Below, in pieces: positions 1 to 12,394 of a stretch of DNA of 64,000 nucleotides (positions within the stretch are counted from its first letter, which is position 1; each line of letters starts with the position of its first letter). The translations under genes and the position numbers were made by a program. Under the pieces are notes generated by a model, which saw only the letters and a list, made by a program, of their open reading frames with translations, made no database searches and was not told the DNA's origin. Source of the DNA: Eledone cirrhosa (Eukaryota); assembly GCA_964016885.1 (NCBI GenBank), contig OZ024745.1, forward strand, positions 48,546,001 through 48,610,000, in the 5' to 3' direction.

Positions 1-30
1 TGCCAAATAATAATAATAATAATAATAATA

Positions 31-100
31 GGTGGATCTTGCCTCAAGTGGGACAATTCCCGTCCCAGACCTATGCTAGCGTGGAAGATGGACGTTAAAC

Positions 101-131
<31 letters not shown>

Positions 132-235
132 CAGACAAATACATAACCAAAACACTAGAAAATACACGCATAAGATGATGAAAATGATGATGAAGATGAT
201 GATGATGGTGATGATGATGATGATGATGATGATAC
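31..235 (+). mobile_element. 3' end of an RTE LINE or RTE-tailed SINE with (GAT)n tail
   Basis: ATGCTAGCGTGGAAGATGGACGTTAAAC followed by (GAT)n; same terminus as the RTE copies at 4001-4040 (minus) and 60535-60586. Confidence 0.75.
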
Positions 236-561
236 ACAACCAGTGGCATGTCTTGAGAAATATGTTTAGGTAAGCAAATGGAATGTTGCATATTTGAGGG
301 GCAGTGGCATCAGACAGTGATACCACCTCTTTCAAAACAAAATCTAATAGATTAAAAAAAAAAGGTTTATACTATTATTAATTCATTACATGATTCCAAA
401 CTGTTTGTGTCATTATTTAAATATTATGATAATGAGTTTAGTAGCCTATGAAAGTGTGAAAAGAAAAGAAAGTTGAATAATTAAACAAATTATTATTTTT
501 ATAGACTAAGCAATGTTTACCTTGCATCTCAGGAATTCACACTTCTGTGCACAATATTAAA

Positions 562-582
562 AGTAGTAGTAGTAGTAGTAGC

Positions 583-644
<62 letters not shown>

Positions 645-748
645 CAGTAGTAGTAGTAGCAGCAGTAGTAGTAGTAGTAGTAACTGCAGCAGCAGCAGTA
701 TTAGTATTAGTATTAGTAGTAGTAGTAACAGCAGCAGCAGCAGCAGTT
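562..748. repeat. (AGT)n/(AGC)n microsatellite
   Basis: Direct reading; explains the poly-Ser ORF 547..756. Confidence 0.95.
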
Positions 749-845
749 ATTTCTAATTTATATATAGGGCTAGCAATTTGGGACGCAGGCGATAAATGAA
801 TACCAGTTTTTGACTGGTACTTTATTTTATTGGACCTGGAAGTAT

Positions 846-1470
846 AACTAAACCCTATAAAACCAACAGTAACTAACCCCTATTAAACCAACAGAAACTA
901 AACTCTATAAAACCAACAGGAACTAAAGCCTACAAAACCAACAGGAACTAAAGCCTATAACTTCATCTGGAACTAAACCCTATAAAACCAACAGAAACTA
1001 AATCCTATAAAACCAACAGAAACTAAACCCTATAAAACCAACAGGAACTAAAGCCTACAAAACCAACAGAAACTAAACCCTACAAAACCAACAGGAACTA
1101 AAGCCTATAACTTCATCTGGAACTAAACCCTATAAAACCAACAGAAACTAAACCCTATAAAACCAACCGAAACTAAATCCTACAAAACCAACAGGAACTA
1201 AAGCCTATAGAACCAACCAAAAAATAAACCCTATAAAACCAACAGCAATTAAACCCTATATAACCAACAGAAACTAAGCCCTATAAAACCAACAGTGACT
1301 AACGCCTATAACTTCATCTGGAACTAAACCCTATAAAACCAACAGAAACTAAACCCTATAAAACCAACAGAAACTAAACCCTATAAAACCAACAGAAACT
1401 AAACCCTATAAAACCAACAGGGACTAAACCCTATAAGTTCATCTGGAACTTAATCCTATAAAACCAACAG
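846..1470. repeat. 25-bp minisatellite, about 25 units
   Basis: Unit AACTAAACCCTATAAAACCAACAG(A/G) with an interspersed variant AACTAAAGCCTATAACTTCATCTGG. Confidence 0.92.
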
Positions 1471-1479
1471 AATACTGAT

Positions 1480-3110
1480 CAATGAAAAATAGAACCCGAA
1501 CAGCACTACAAATATATAAATATAAGGGAATATGAGGAAGATTTGAGAACAGGAAATTTCAGCGGTGGAGGAAATCATAAACATGACAATCTAAAGAGGG
1601 AAATAGTTGAAGAATTGAAAATAATAGATCTTCTGAAACAATGAAAGTACCATGAAAGAATAAAACTAAATGATTAAATAGCAACTATGATAAAAGAAAA
1701 TGCAAACCTGGCCATCACAGTTTTAATGAAAACAATTGCAAACATAAATATGAGCAGGTTAAATGGAATGATATATGTAGCAACCTTTATAGTTATAAAG
1801 GTAAGTAGATACTCCCTGAGATCTACTTATATTTGAATATAAAAACCCAAGAAAACAATAGGGAAAATATATAATAAAAAGGCAAAAAAAAAAAAAGAAA
1901 ACAGAGAATAGAGAACAGAAAGGAGAAGATCATACAATTCTTCATGAAATTGATAACAGGAAAATCTTACAATACTTACTTTGCCTCTTAGGAATTCACA
2001 CCAATGTACACAGTAAACAGAAAAAAATATAAATAGTCATAGTAGTAGCAGTAGTAGTGGTAGTGGTGGTGGTGGTGGTAGTAATGAAATTTATAATGAG
2101 AAAATCTTACAATCTTTAATAAAATTGATAAAAAGAAGAAACGGGTGAAACACACAAACAAACAAACAAAAAGAGAGATACTCCAGAAATATAACAGAAA
2201 AAAAAGAACTCCTGAAACTAGAGATTTTTACTAAATTGTAAAGAATCTGTCAGGTTGAAAAACGATTCTTAGAACAAAGCAAACAGTTTGACTTCAATCC
2301 AAGGTGTTTCATCAAGAACTATGTAACAATAAAAAAGAGATAAAATACAGCACCAACAACAGCAATGGATGTGGAAGACTTCTATGGAAGAGTATATGAA
2401 TAGCGAAGGAATTACCTTGGATGATATTGTTTAAAACAATGAATATAACACCTGAACAGTAGTGGGAGGCAATAACCACAACACTAATGGCTGACACACT
2501 GAAAAAAAAAAAAAAAATTCTAATTAACATACTGAACAGAACATAGGGGGAGCCAGTGGATATGTTTAACTCTTTATGACCTGGACCATATTAGACTGCA
2601 TAAGCAAAACATTCTTTAAAAAGTACAAAACAGCACTACAACTGCATCATATAAACAATGAAGCCTTTACTTGAATATTGCAAATTTTTGCAACAATCTA
2701 GTAAAGACATGATAAAGATTTGAATTGACAAACCTGTTTTTAGATATTTTCTACTAAACCCTTACGAGATCTTAGTTAAGAAGATACTGTCAAAGCTGGA
2801 GAAAACACTTGACTTGTCTCATTGATGGAGAAAACCATCTTAACCCCTGTCTGATAACCTGCTTCCCTATTACCTACAAAACCTGAACTTCAATAATAAC
2901 ACAGAGAATAAATAAATATCTAGGGGTGAGGGATCAAGTATTTTCAACAAGAGTAGAACAGATACTTCAAAAGCTCATAAAGTTAAAGATGAATTGCTGA
3001 TTAAAAAAAACAACAACATAACCTGCAACTGTAGAAGGATAAAGAATGGCATGGATTAAATACTAGATGGCTTTTGGCAGTATTTCCCACATATTGAAAT
3101 ATTAGACATT
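1480..3110 (+). mobile_element. Heavily degraded R4/Dong-like non-LTR retrotransposon (RT region)
   Basis: Remnant motifs: ITC(F)PITYKT*TSIITQRI near 2855-2910, DELLIKK near 2988, and MAWIKY*MAFGSISH (cf. MAWIDYKKAFDSVPH) near 3046-3090; many stops and frameshifts. Confidence 0.6.
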
Positions 3111-3139
3111 ACACAGTAATCAGAATGGAGGAAGGTGTA

Positions 3140-3500
3140 AAAGACAAACTCGCTATCTTCAATTCAGTATTCACGTCAACCCTTACCAATAGTCATGAAT
3201 CTTGGGTAATAACCAACAGAATATGATCATAAATACATGTGGCAAAAATAGGGTTTCTTTGAAGGATCTTTGGTGTAATGTTACTTGATAGAGTACATAG
3301 TTTGAAAATCAGGGAGTTGCTCCAGATAGACCTGCTATTTCTCTGAATTGAGAGATCACAACACCGATACTATGGACATGTGGTTAGAATATCTAATGAA
3401 AGAATCTCTGGTCAGATTTTACAGGCAAAGCCAACTGGCAGAGGACTCAGGGGTAAACCCCAAGCAAGATGGTTGAGCAATATCCAAAAGCTTGGCTGGG
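3140..3500 (+). mobile_element. Degraded RTE-clade LINE 3' fragment
   Basis: Translates with stops to LAIFNSVFTSTLT.SHESWV...IERSQHRYYGHVVR...KPTGRGLRGKPQARW. Confidence 0.75.
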
Positions 3501-3822
3501 GATCTAGTGGGATAATTTAAAGATGGTTACTTCTGATAGGATTCTCTGAAAGGCACATCTGAGGACACTGGTATAAAGGTGATATACACCAGGAAATGTT
3601 TTGGACAATGACAAGATGACCATAATCTAGCATATGACAGATTTAAAACATAAATTACTAATTCTAATGATATAGAAGGAATGTAATATGCAGTTAGTAT
3701 TCTATATAGTAAGGTTGTGGTGCTGTATAAACAATTTCCTACACAAGAAATTTGTTGGTATTTCTGTAAATTCATCCATACTTTTGAAGTGAAAGCAAGA
3801 TATCTGTATATATGTTTGTGAA

Positions 3823-3954
<132 letters not shown>

Positions 3955-3978
3955 TCTCTTTCTCTCCCAGTATATATA

Positions 3979-6557
3979 TCATCATCATCATCATCATCAT
4001 TTTACGTCCACTTTTCCCTGCTTGCAAGGGTGGGACGGGTCTTATTCAGCACAGCATCTCTCCACTCGTCACGGTCCCTCGTCATCTCCGCCGTGAGCTT
4101 CAATGATCTGAGGTCTGTTCTCACCACCTCCGGCCATGTTTTTCGTGGTCTACCTCTACCACGTCTTCCTTCAACTGGCATTTCCTGGCACTTCTTCACC
4201 CATCGGTCATCCTCCATGCGCATCACATGTCCATACCACCTCAGTCTCCTCTCCCGTACACTACATTCTATCCCTCTCAGACACAGTTTCTCTCTCAACA
4301 CATTTATGCTGGGTCGTTCACGCACATTTACACTGCACATCCAACGGAGCATGCTTGCCTCATTTCTCTCCAGCCGTCGCATATCCTCTGCGGTTGCTGC
4401 CCATGTCTCACTACCATGCAGCATCGCGCTCCTCACACAGGCATCATACAACCGGCCTTTCGTACGCAGGGAGAAACCCTTCTTCGTCAACAGAGGAAGC
4501 ACCTCCCTAAACTTCTTCCAACCCATCCTTATTCTAGATACTATGGCCTCGGAACACCCTCCTCCCATGCTAATCTGATCTCCTAGGTACCGGAAGCTAT
4601 CCACCACTTCTATAGCGCCCTCTCGCATTTGAAAAATGTGTCTATCAGTGCGACTTCTACTGTCTAATTTCCCTGTACATCTACTGCATACATATTTCTC
4701 CCTACCTGTTAGTTTGCCTGCTATCCCGCTACATCTCTTGTGTACCCAGGACCCGCATTGTGTGCATTTTATAGAATTTATGCCAGTTCCTTTTCTGCAT
4801 ATCGAACATGGCCATTTCCCTGACGGAATCAGGGTTTTGTCCTCTTTTCTACTCATCAACACTTTTGTCTTAGCTAGATTTACTCTCAGTCCTCTTGCTT
4901 CCAACTGCTGCTTCCATAGCCGGAATTTATTCTCTAGCTCCTCTACTGATTCTGCTATAAGAGCCAGATCGTCAGCATAGAGAAGTTCCCATGGACAGCC
5001 AGTCTTAAACTCCTCTGTTATGGCTTGGAGGACTATAATGAACAAGAGCGGGCTGAGGACCGAACCCTGATGTACTCCTACTTGTATCTGGAATTCCTCA
5101 CTAAACTCCATTCCTACCCTGACTTTACTGAGAGTACCTCTGTACAAAGTTTGCACTGTCCTCACAAGCCATTCCTCAACACCTAGCTTCCTTAGGGACC
5201 ACCAGATGACAGATCGGGGTACCCTATCAAAGGCCTTCTCTAGGTCAACAAAGGCTAAGTATAGTGGCTTATTCTTCTCTAAGAATCTCTCTTGCATTTG
5301 TCTCACCAAGAAGAGGGCATCTGTTGTACTCTTCCCAGGCACAAAACCAAACTGCATCTCATCTAGTTTGACCCTTTCTCTAATTAGTTGTGCTAAAATC
5401 CTTTCTGCCACTTTCATAACCTGATCTATCAGTTTTATACCCCTATAATTGCTCCTCTCCAAAGCATCCCCTTTACCTTTGTAGCAATTTATGAGAATAC
5501 TGCTGCACCAGTCTTTGGGTATGACACCACCATATATAGCCTGATTGATGATGCGTGCAACCAGTTTAGTGCCCACGTCCCCTGATGCCTTCAGCATCTC
5601 AGCAACTATTCCCGATGGTCAGGCCGCCTTACCATTTTTCATTTCCCTAATCGCCTCTTGGACCCTATATTCGTCAATCTCAATAGCTGGTCCCTCTGTC
5701 GGATCTACCAAGGGTAATTTCTCTCTCTCCCATTCATTCTCCACATTCATCAGTCTCTCATAATGACATTTCCAGGCCTCCTTTTTCTGGTCATTCGTGA
5801 CACTAAGTACACCGGCATCATCCCGGACACATTTATCTCCAACAACATCCTGATTTGCATTGACACACTGCCTTGCAATGTGGAACACCGCACGCCTCTG
5901 ATCTTCCCGTCGCAGAACATTGGCAAACCTCCTACTCTCTGCCCCCCTGCGTGCTAAGTACACCTGACGTCTAGCTTCTCTCTTAGTGGCTGTATATTCT
6001 TCCCTACTCCCACCCTTTTTCCAAGCCTTCCATGCTAGTCTTTTGTCTCTAATAGCCTTATCTACTGTGCTGTTCCACCACCAGGTCACTCTCTGTCTGG
6101 TTGGAGCTCTGCTCCAGCCACAGGTTTCATCAGTAACCTGCAGCAAGTTGTCACGTAAGAACTTCCAGTTATTATCTATGTCATACGTCTCTAAATCGTT
6201 TTCTTTTTCGTCATATACATCTTGAAGGGCTTTCCTAAATTTGTATTTTAGTGAAAGGTCTTTTAGCTTCCAGACCTTTCTTCTCCACACCTTCCTATAT
6301 GTCTCATTCCATCTCTTGCTTACTGAGATATCACTAACAACTAACCTATGCTGTGGGGTACATTCTTCCCCAGGGTATGCCTTGGTATTAGACACGATCT
6401 GCCTGTCCCGCTGCCTAACTAGCAGGAAGTCAATCTGGCTTATGTGCTCACCAGATTTGTAGGTTATTAGGTGATTGGCAGGTTTCTGGAAGTTTGTGTT
6501 GCAAATAGTCAATGTACTCGCATCACAAAATTCAAGAAGTCTCACTCCTTCTTCATT
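3979..6557 (-). mobile_element. Young 5'-truncated RTE-clade LINE (partial APE endonuclease + RT) with (GAT)n tail, inserted in (TA)n
   Basis: ORFs 5619..6545 and 4002..5597 are in one frame; APE motifs (NEEG.RLLEFC, SQIDFLL, QHRLVV); RT motifs (AFVDLEKAFDRV, GVHQGSVLSPLLF, YADD, FRYLG); (CAT)n on + at 3979-4000; (TA)n on both flanks. Confidence 0.95.
4002..6545 (-). pseudogene. RTE ORF broken by a single in-frame TGA at 5619-5621 (KAA*PSG, expected KAAGPSG)
   Basis: Codons 5618-5598 read PSGIVAE and join the two annotated ORFs in frame. Confidence 0.9.
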
Positions 6558-6580
6558 TATATATATATATATATATATAT

Positions 6581-7229
6581 TTGTATACCTATGGTAATTG
6601 TTTTGCGTATGCTTGTGTATGTACGTATTTGTTTGCGTGTATGTATTTATTTAATTTCTATTACTTCTGTATTGTATTTATTTACTTTGTTCTTAACTCT
6701 GTAGCGGAGATTCATTCGGCCTCCTAGTTAGAATTTTAGTCTACGACTTCAGCTATACCATTTACGTGGTTTTGTCTTTGCGTGCAATTGTTCTCCACGC
6801 TCCACATATGACGTATTATCTTCGTTTTTTTCGTTCATTGCCAGAGAACGTCTCTATGCACCACCTAAGAGAACATTAGTCTACAACCTCTTTTATACCA
6901 TAAACGTGGTTCTGTCTTTGCGCGTAATTGTTTTTCATGACGTATTATATTCGTTTTTTCCCGTTCTTTGCCAGCGAACGTTTCCACGAACCAAAGTATT
7001 GTCTTCCTGTCTTCCTCCGGTTGCAACGTTTTTTGAAATATCCAGTTCTGCGTTTACAGATTGACTTTGTTAGTTTCAGAAGATCTCGTTAAGGGTGAAA
7101 GCAGCGATTCTTTACTTAAATTTTAATCTGTTATTTTACTAAATATTTGCTCTACGGTTCTTATATATTTGATATATATTTATCCTTATCGAGCCCTCTT
7201 TGGATTTTAGTCTTCAAATTTATTATTAT

Positions 7230-7233
<4 letters not shown>
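6581..7233 (+). mobile_element. Unclassified interspersed repeat with (TTA)n 3' end, between (TA)n tracts
   Basis: Internal diverged duplication (6738-6862 vs 6877-6993); its end recurs inverted at about 11102-11164; two segments recur inside the Helitron at 40327-40972. Confidence 0.6.
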
Positions 7234-7263
<30 letters not shown>

Positions 7264-7978
7264 TGGGAGAGAAAGAGAGACACAGATGTATGTGAATAAT
7301 TCATATATATTTGTGAGAGTGTGTGTATATATATAATTATGTATGTATATATGTATGATGTATATTATATATATAATATACATCATATATATATACGTGT
7401 ATGTATACATGTATATGTGTATACACATATACATATACATGCATACATACACGCATATATATGTATATTATATATATAATATACATATAATATACATATA
7501 TCATTGTTGTTTAGGTGTCTATGTTTCCATGTTGACATGAATTGTACAGGTCTTTTATTCAGTATATCATTACACATACATGTATATGTGCATGCTCAAA
7601 TATGTGTATGTGCATATACAAGTAATATGTAACCCAACATACATACATACACACAAACATTTTTGTTAAAGTATCATATTTGTCAACGGATGTGTGACAC
7701 TGTCCTAATGGATGAGGGAGTGGTTTCCTGCTAACTTCTCTTGGTAAGCACGAAGTCTTATATCTTTTAGTATGTTTTAGGAGAGAGCAAAAGAAGAATT
7801 GGGAAATGGTTTCAAGTGTGAATAGAAACTGGGTTATGGACTTGGTTCACCAGAAACTTACACAAGCCCACACATATACACCAGACATGTACTAACCATT
7901 TTACATTTATATAAAGACACACAGACACATATATTTATAACTACATATATACAGAAGATATTTATCGTAACACTGATG

Positions 7979-8039
<61 letters not shown>

Positions 8040-8086
8040 TCTCTCCCACACAGACACACACACAAGCATATATCCTCATTATCAAA

Positions 8087-8340
8087 ATCATAACATCATG
8101 GTCATTATTTTAATATCCATTTTTCTGTGCTGCTGGGATGGCTTGTATATCTTTTGTAGATTATCTCTGCGTTCATCTTTATCCTGCCTCATCTTTCTGA
8201 AATAAACTATTTTCAAATCTGTCTTCATCACATTCTTACAGGCTTCCCTTGATATGTGTTTACCCTCTTGTAAATTACTCCCCACACATTTTTCAACCAG
8301 CATGTATTTTTCATTCACTTTACATGTCCATGTCCCCACA
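8087..8340 (-). mobile_element. Degraded RTE 3' fragment
   Basis: Decayed tail CATCAT...TTTAATATCCATTTTTCTGTGCTGCTGG and remnant C-terminal coding sequence. Confidence 0.55.
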
Positions 8341-9824
8341 AACAAGGTCAGTGAATTGTTAGATTTGTAAGAGCATCAGATAGAATCTGTTGTGGTATTT
8401 GTTCCAGCTCTCTGCACTCTGAGTTCAAATCTCACTGAGGTCAGCTTTGCTTTTCATGCTTTTGAGGTTGATAAAATAAGTCCCAGTTCATTACTAGGGT
8501 TGATTCTTCCTCTACATCTCTTTCTCATTTTCTCTCTATCACTTTCTCTTTATCACTTTCTCCCTCTCCTTCTTTGAAAGAAACCAGCCATGTACAGACC
8601 TGGAGAGAAGATGGGACCCTGTCAGGTTTCAAATGCCCAAGACATGCTGTATGTCACTATAGCAGTCCTATAATTACATTGGGAGTTACAGGTCCAGACA
8701 TACATATATCAGCACAGTCATAGCAACCCAACAAGGGATCTTTAATGCATTAGTTCAACCTGCTAGAAATAGCAGTAGTGCCTTTCTCAAATCATAACCT
8801 ACTGTCTTATAAAAAGGAAGGATATATTAGATAACGTAGTGAAATATATACAAAAATACATGATGATTATAGCTGGAATGCTTTTTATCCTAAGTCTATT
8901 TAGCCCCAGTATTAGTTCAGGATCATTTTATTCTGAGTTCAAATCCTGCCATGACCTAGTAGTTACTTCAGAAGGGAGGTAACACAATTGAGTCAACAAC
9001 CATATTTAACCATGAACAGCCTTATAGCAATCCTTGGTATTCAACCTGCTTAGAGCCGACAATACCTGATTATGATGATGATACAAATTATTTTAATATT
9101 AATTTGGTATTCATACCTACTCTTACCTACGGTCATGAATCTTGGGTAGTGACTAAAAAAATACGACCAAGAATACAAGTGACAGAAATAGGTTTCTCCT
9201 TCCCTTACACACTTCATCTGATTCCTCTTATGCCCAGTTTTGCCTTTAACTTATCTATGCTTCATGATGTCCATTAAATGTCCATTTCTCACTACCATGC
9301 AACATCACACATAATAAAATATAATTTGAGGGAGATTTCATCGCCATTTCTAGCACATTGAGCAGCCACATAATGGCTCACTTTGATATATGTTTAATCA
9401 TGTATAGTGATGTGTGCTCTATTTACCAATGCCAAGATTTTTGCTAGTAATAGAAACAAGCTTCCAAATTTACCACCCCCAACTACTGTGGGCAAATAAA
9501 TATATGATGTTGGAGGTATACATAATCAAAGAAAATCTCTCAAGAAATGTAAACAAAGAACTCAAGTGATAATCTATAGAATAAAATGCTATAAAAAAAG
9601 AATTATGGTTGACTAAAAACATAAAGAAAGCTATAAAGTTAAATAAACAAGGAAATCTGTATATAAACAATATAAGTAAATACATGCAGGCACCCTCATG
9701 CTCACACACACATATATATACATACACACACATATATATACATACACACACACACACAAGGCATTCAATACAAATGAAACAATGAAATAATTTGAGTCCT
9801 ATACAAATAATTTCTATCTGATAG

Positions 9825-9931
<107 letters not shown>

Positions 9932-9947
9932 TCTATCAGATAGAAAT

Positions 9948-9986
<39 letters not shown>

Positions 9987-9988
<2 letters not shown>

Positions 9989-10658
9989 TCATCATCATCA
10001 TCATCATCATCAGGTTTAGCGTCTGTGTTCCACGCTTGCATGGGTTTGGACGGGGGTTTTCCCACTTGAGGCAAGAGTGGTTGTCTTGCTCGCATAGGAC
10101 TGTCTGGCGGGTTTTCTACAGTTGGATGCCCTTCCTAACACCAACCACATTTACAGTGTGGGGCTGGGAGGTTTTTACCGTGTTGCCTACACGGCCACAT
10201 TACAGCGTGGACTGTCTGGCGGGTTTTCTACAGCTGGATGCCCTTCCTAACACCAACCACATTTACAGTGTGGGGCTGGGAGGTTTTTACCGTGTTGCCT
10301 ACACGGCCACATTTACAGCGTGGACTGTGTGTTTTTTTGTTGTGACAGCTACACGATCTCATTTGTTTCGGCCTCGATGTTGTGGGACCAACATAACTTT
10401 ACATTGAAAGGGGCGGTGTGGATGGGGTGGAGGTGGTGGGACGGGGGGGGGGGGGGGGTGTTTTGATAGAGATGCCTACTGACTGTAGTAGGTTTTTACT
10501 TTGTATTTAGGTAAGGCGGGTCTTCTCTATTACTGAGTACCGCCAAAGGTCTCGGTCCAGTGACATTGTCTTGGAGAGGTGTAAGCGTGTGAGGTCGGAA
10601 TTTATCAGCTCGTCCCATGTTTTTCTGGGTCTGCCTACTCCGTGGCTACCGTCTATCT
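9987..10658 (-). mobile_element. RTE 3' end with long 3' UTR and an internal ~113-bp direct duplication
   Basis: (CAT)n at 9987-10011; GGATGCCCTTCCTAACACCAAC core twice (10097-10201, 10210-10313); C-terminal GVGRPRKTWDE coding remnant at 10520-10658. Confidence 0.8.
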
Positions 10659-10660
10659 TT

Positions 10661-10716
<56 letters not shown>

Positions 10717-10718
10717 AT

Positions 10719-11069
10719 GGCAGCACATGGCTTAGTGGTTAGAGCATTGACCTTGCAATTGAAAGGTTGTGAGTTCAATTCTCAGACCGGGTGATGTGTT
10801 GTTTCCTTGAGCAAGACACTTTATTTCACATTGCTCCAGTTTACTCAGCTGTAGAAATGAGATGATAGGGAGATAGGGACTGGGGTCCACATCATTGTGG
10901 AATGATGTGGACTCCAGTCCACAAAGTGGTCATGGAAGTGCCACGGCAAAAAACACACCCAGCACTCACTGTAAATGAGGTTGGTGTTAGGAAGGGCATC
11001 CAGCTGTAGAAATCAAGCCAGAATCAGTTCCCGTCCCACCCTTGCAAGCAGGGAAAAGTAGACGTAAAA

Positions 11070-11100
<31 letters not shown>
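10719..11100 (+). mobile_element. tRNA-derived SINE with RTE-type tail
   Basis: A box TGGCTTAGTGG, B box GAGTTCAATTC, CCTTGAGCAAGACACTT core; 3' end CCCGTCCCACCCTTGCAAGCAGGGAAAAGTAGACGTAAAA(ATG)n is nearly identical to the tail of the RTE at 3979-6557. Confidence 0.85.
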
Positions 11101-11101
<1 letters not shown>

Positions 11102-11544
11102 ATAGTAATAATAATAAATTTGAAGACTAAAATCCAAAGAGGGCTCGATAAGGATAAATATATCCAATACAACCCAGGGCTTTCTCACACCTGTTGGAGG
11201 AACCTCTCCCTGGTTGACCTCTATCGCTTTCTGTTTGGTTTTGGTCATGTCAGGGGTATAGCCATACTCAACATGCTTGGCTAATTGCAGGTTGGTGTGG
11301 GTGGCTATTTAATCCATAGTTGGGGTGGATGGCCATTGAATCTGAGGAGTTCATCTGCACTTGTTTTTCATGCTGCTGGGGTTCCACTTACCCTCCTCAC
11401 CACACAAGGGTCTCGTGGGGAAACCAGTTTAGTCACGGGCCAGTCAAAAAACATATAACCTCACATACACACACATATATATACATATATGTATGAGTAT
11501 ATATATATATATATATACACACATATATATACATATATGTATGA

Positions 11545-11603
<59 letters not shown>

Positions 11604-11604
<1 letters not shown>

Positions 11605-11875
11605 AAGACCCCCCTTTGGTCACGGATAACCATAGGATTTGTACCTAGAAATTTTCCCTTCTGAGACACAAGTTCAGGCAAGATGTGTTTTGTGGAAGAG
11701 AGAATAGCAATTGACTATGTATACCAATCTTTCCTCTCCACATCACCGATGTTGTCCAAGGGAAAGGCAATGGCCGATACAGCTTGGCACCAGTGATATC
11801 ACAATGCATTTCTACAGCTGAGTAAACTGGAGCAACATGAAATAAAGCCCAAGAACACAACACACAGCCCAGTCC
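11604..11875 (-). mobile_element. SINE fragment related to the 10719 head
   Basis: CATTTCTACAGCTGAGTAAACTGGAGCAA is the reverse complement of 10831-10859. Confidence 0.65.
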
Positions 11876-11926
11876 AAATATAATTATATATGCATATAGG
11901 CATATGTACGTGTATGTATGTGTATA

Positions 11927-12160
11927 TCATCACTGTTCATCATCATCACCGTTTAACATCCATTGGTTAGACAAGTTGCCCCGTTGTGAAACAAGCCAGG
12001 TCCGATGACTGTGTCTTGTTTATACAAAACTGGTGTTGGCTTGGTTTCTACAGATAGCTGCCCTTCCTAACACCAGCCATAGCTACAGTGGGTGCTTTTT
12101 GTTGTGACACCTACATGACCACGTTACAGTGTGGGCTGGGCTCTTTTTGTTATGAAACCT
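11927..12160 (-). mobile_element. RTE 3' UTR/SINE tail fragment
   Basis: (CAT)n tail and GCCCTTCCTAACACCA core; similar to 14249-14800 and 50277-50480. Confidence 0.65.
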
Positions 12161-12394
12161 ATATATATATACTACACTTATGTAGTGGAGGCACAGTGGC
12201 AATAGGGTTATGGTGCTAGAATTCTTACTGCCAGTAATTGTGTTATACTACTTTTCAACAGTTTTCAACTAACATGAAATATGTTTCACCCTTCACTCTT
12301 CATGGTTGAGCAGGAAGAAGAGTATCCAGCTGTAAAAATAATTGTTTCCATAAATAAACTATCACACGCATGTATTTAAAACCAAGAATTATAT

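Noticed and set aside
5619-5621. TGA between the two RTE ORFs as programmed readthrough or a two-ORF structure
   Set aside because: Falls on the conserved Gly of KAAGPSG; a single substitution explains it
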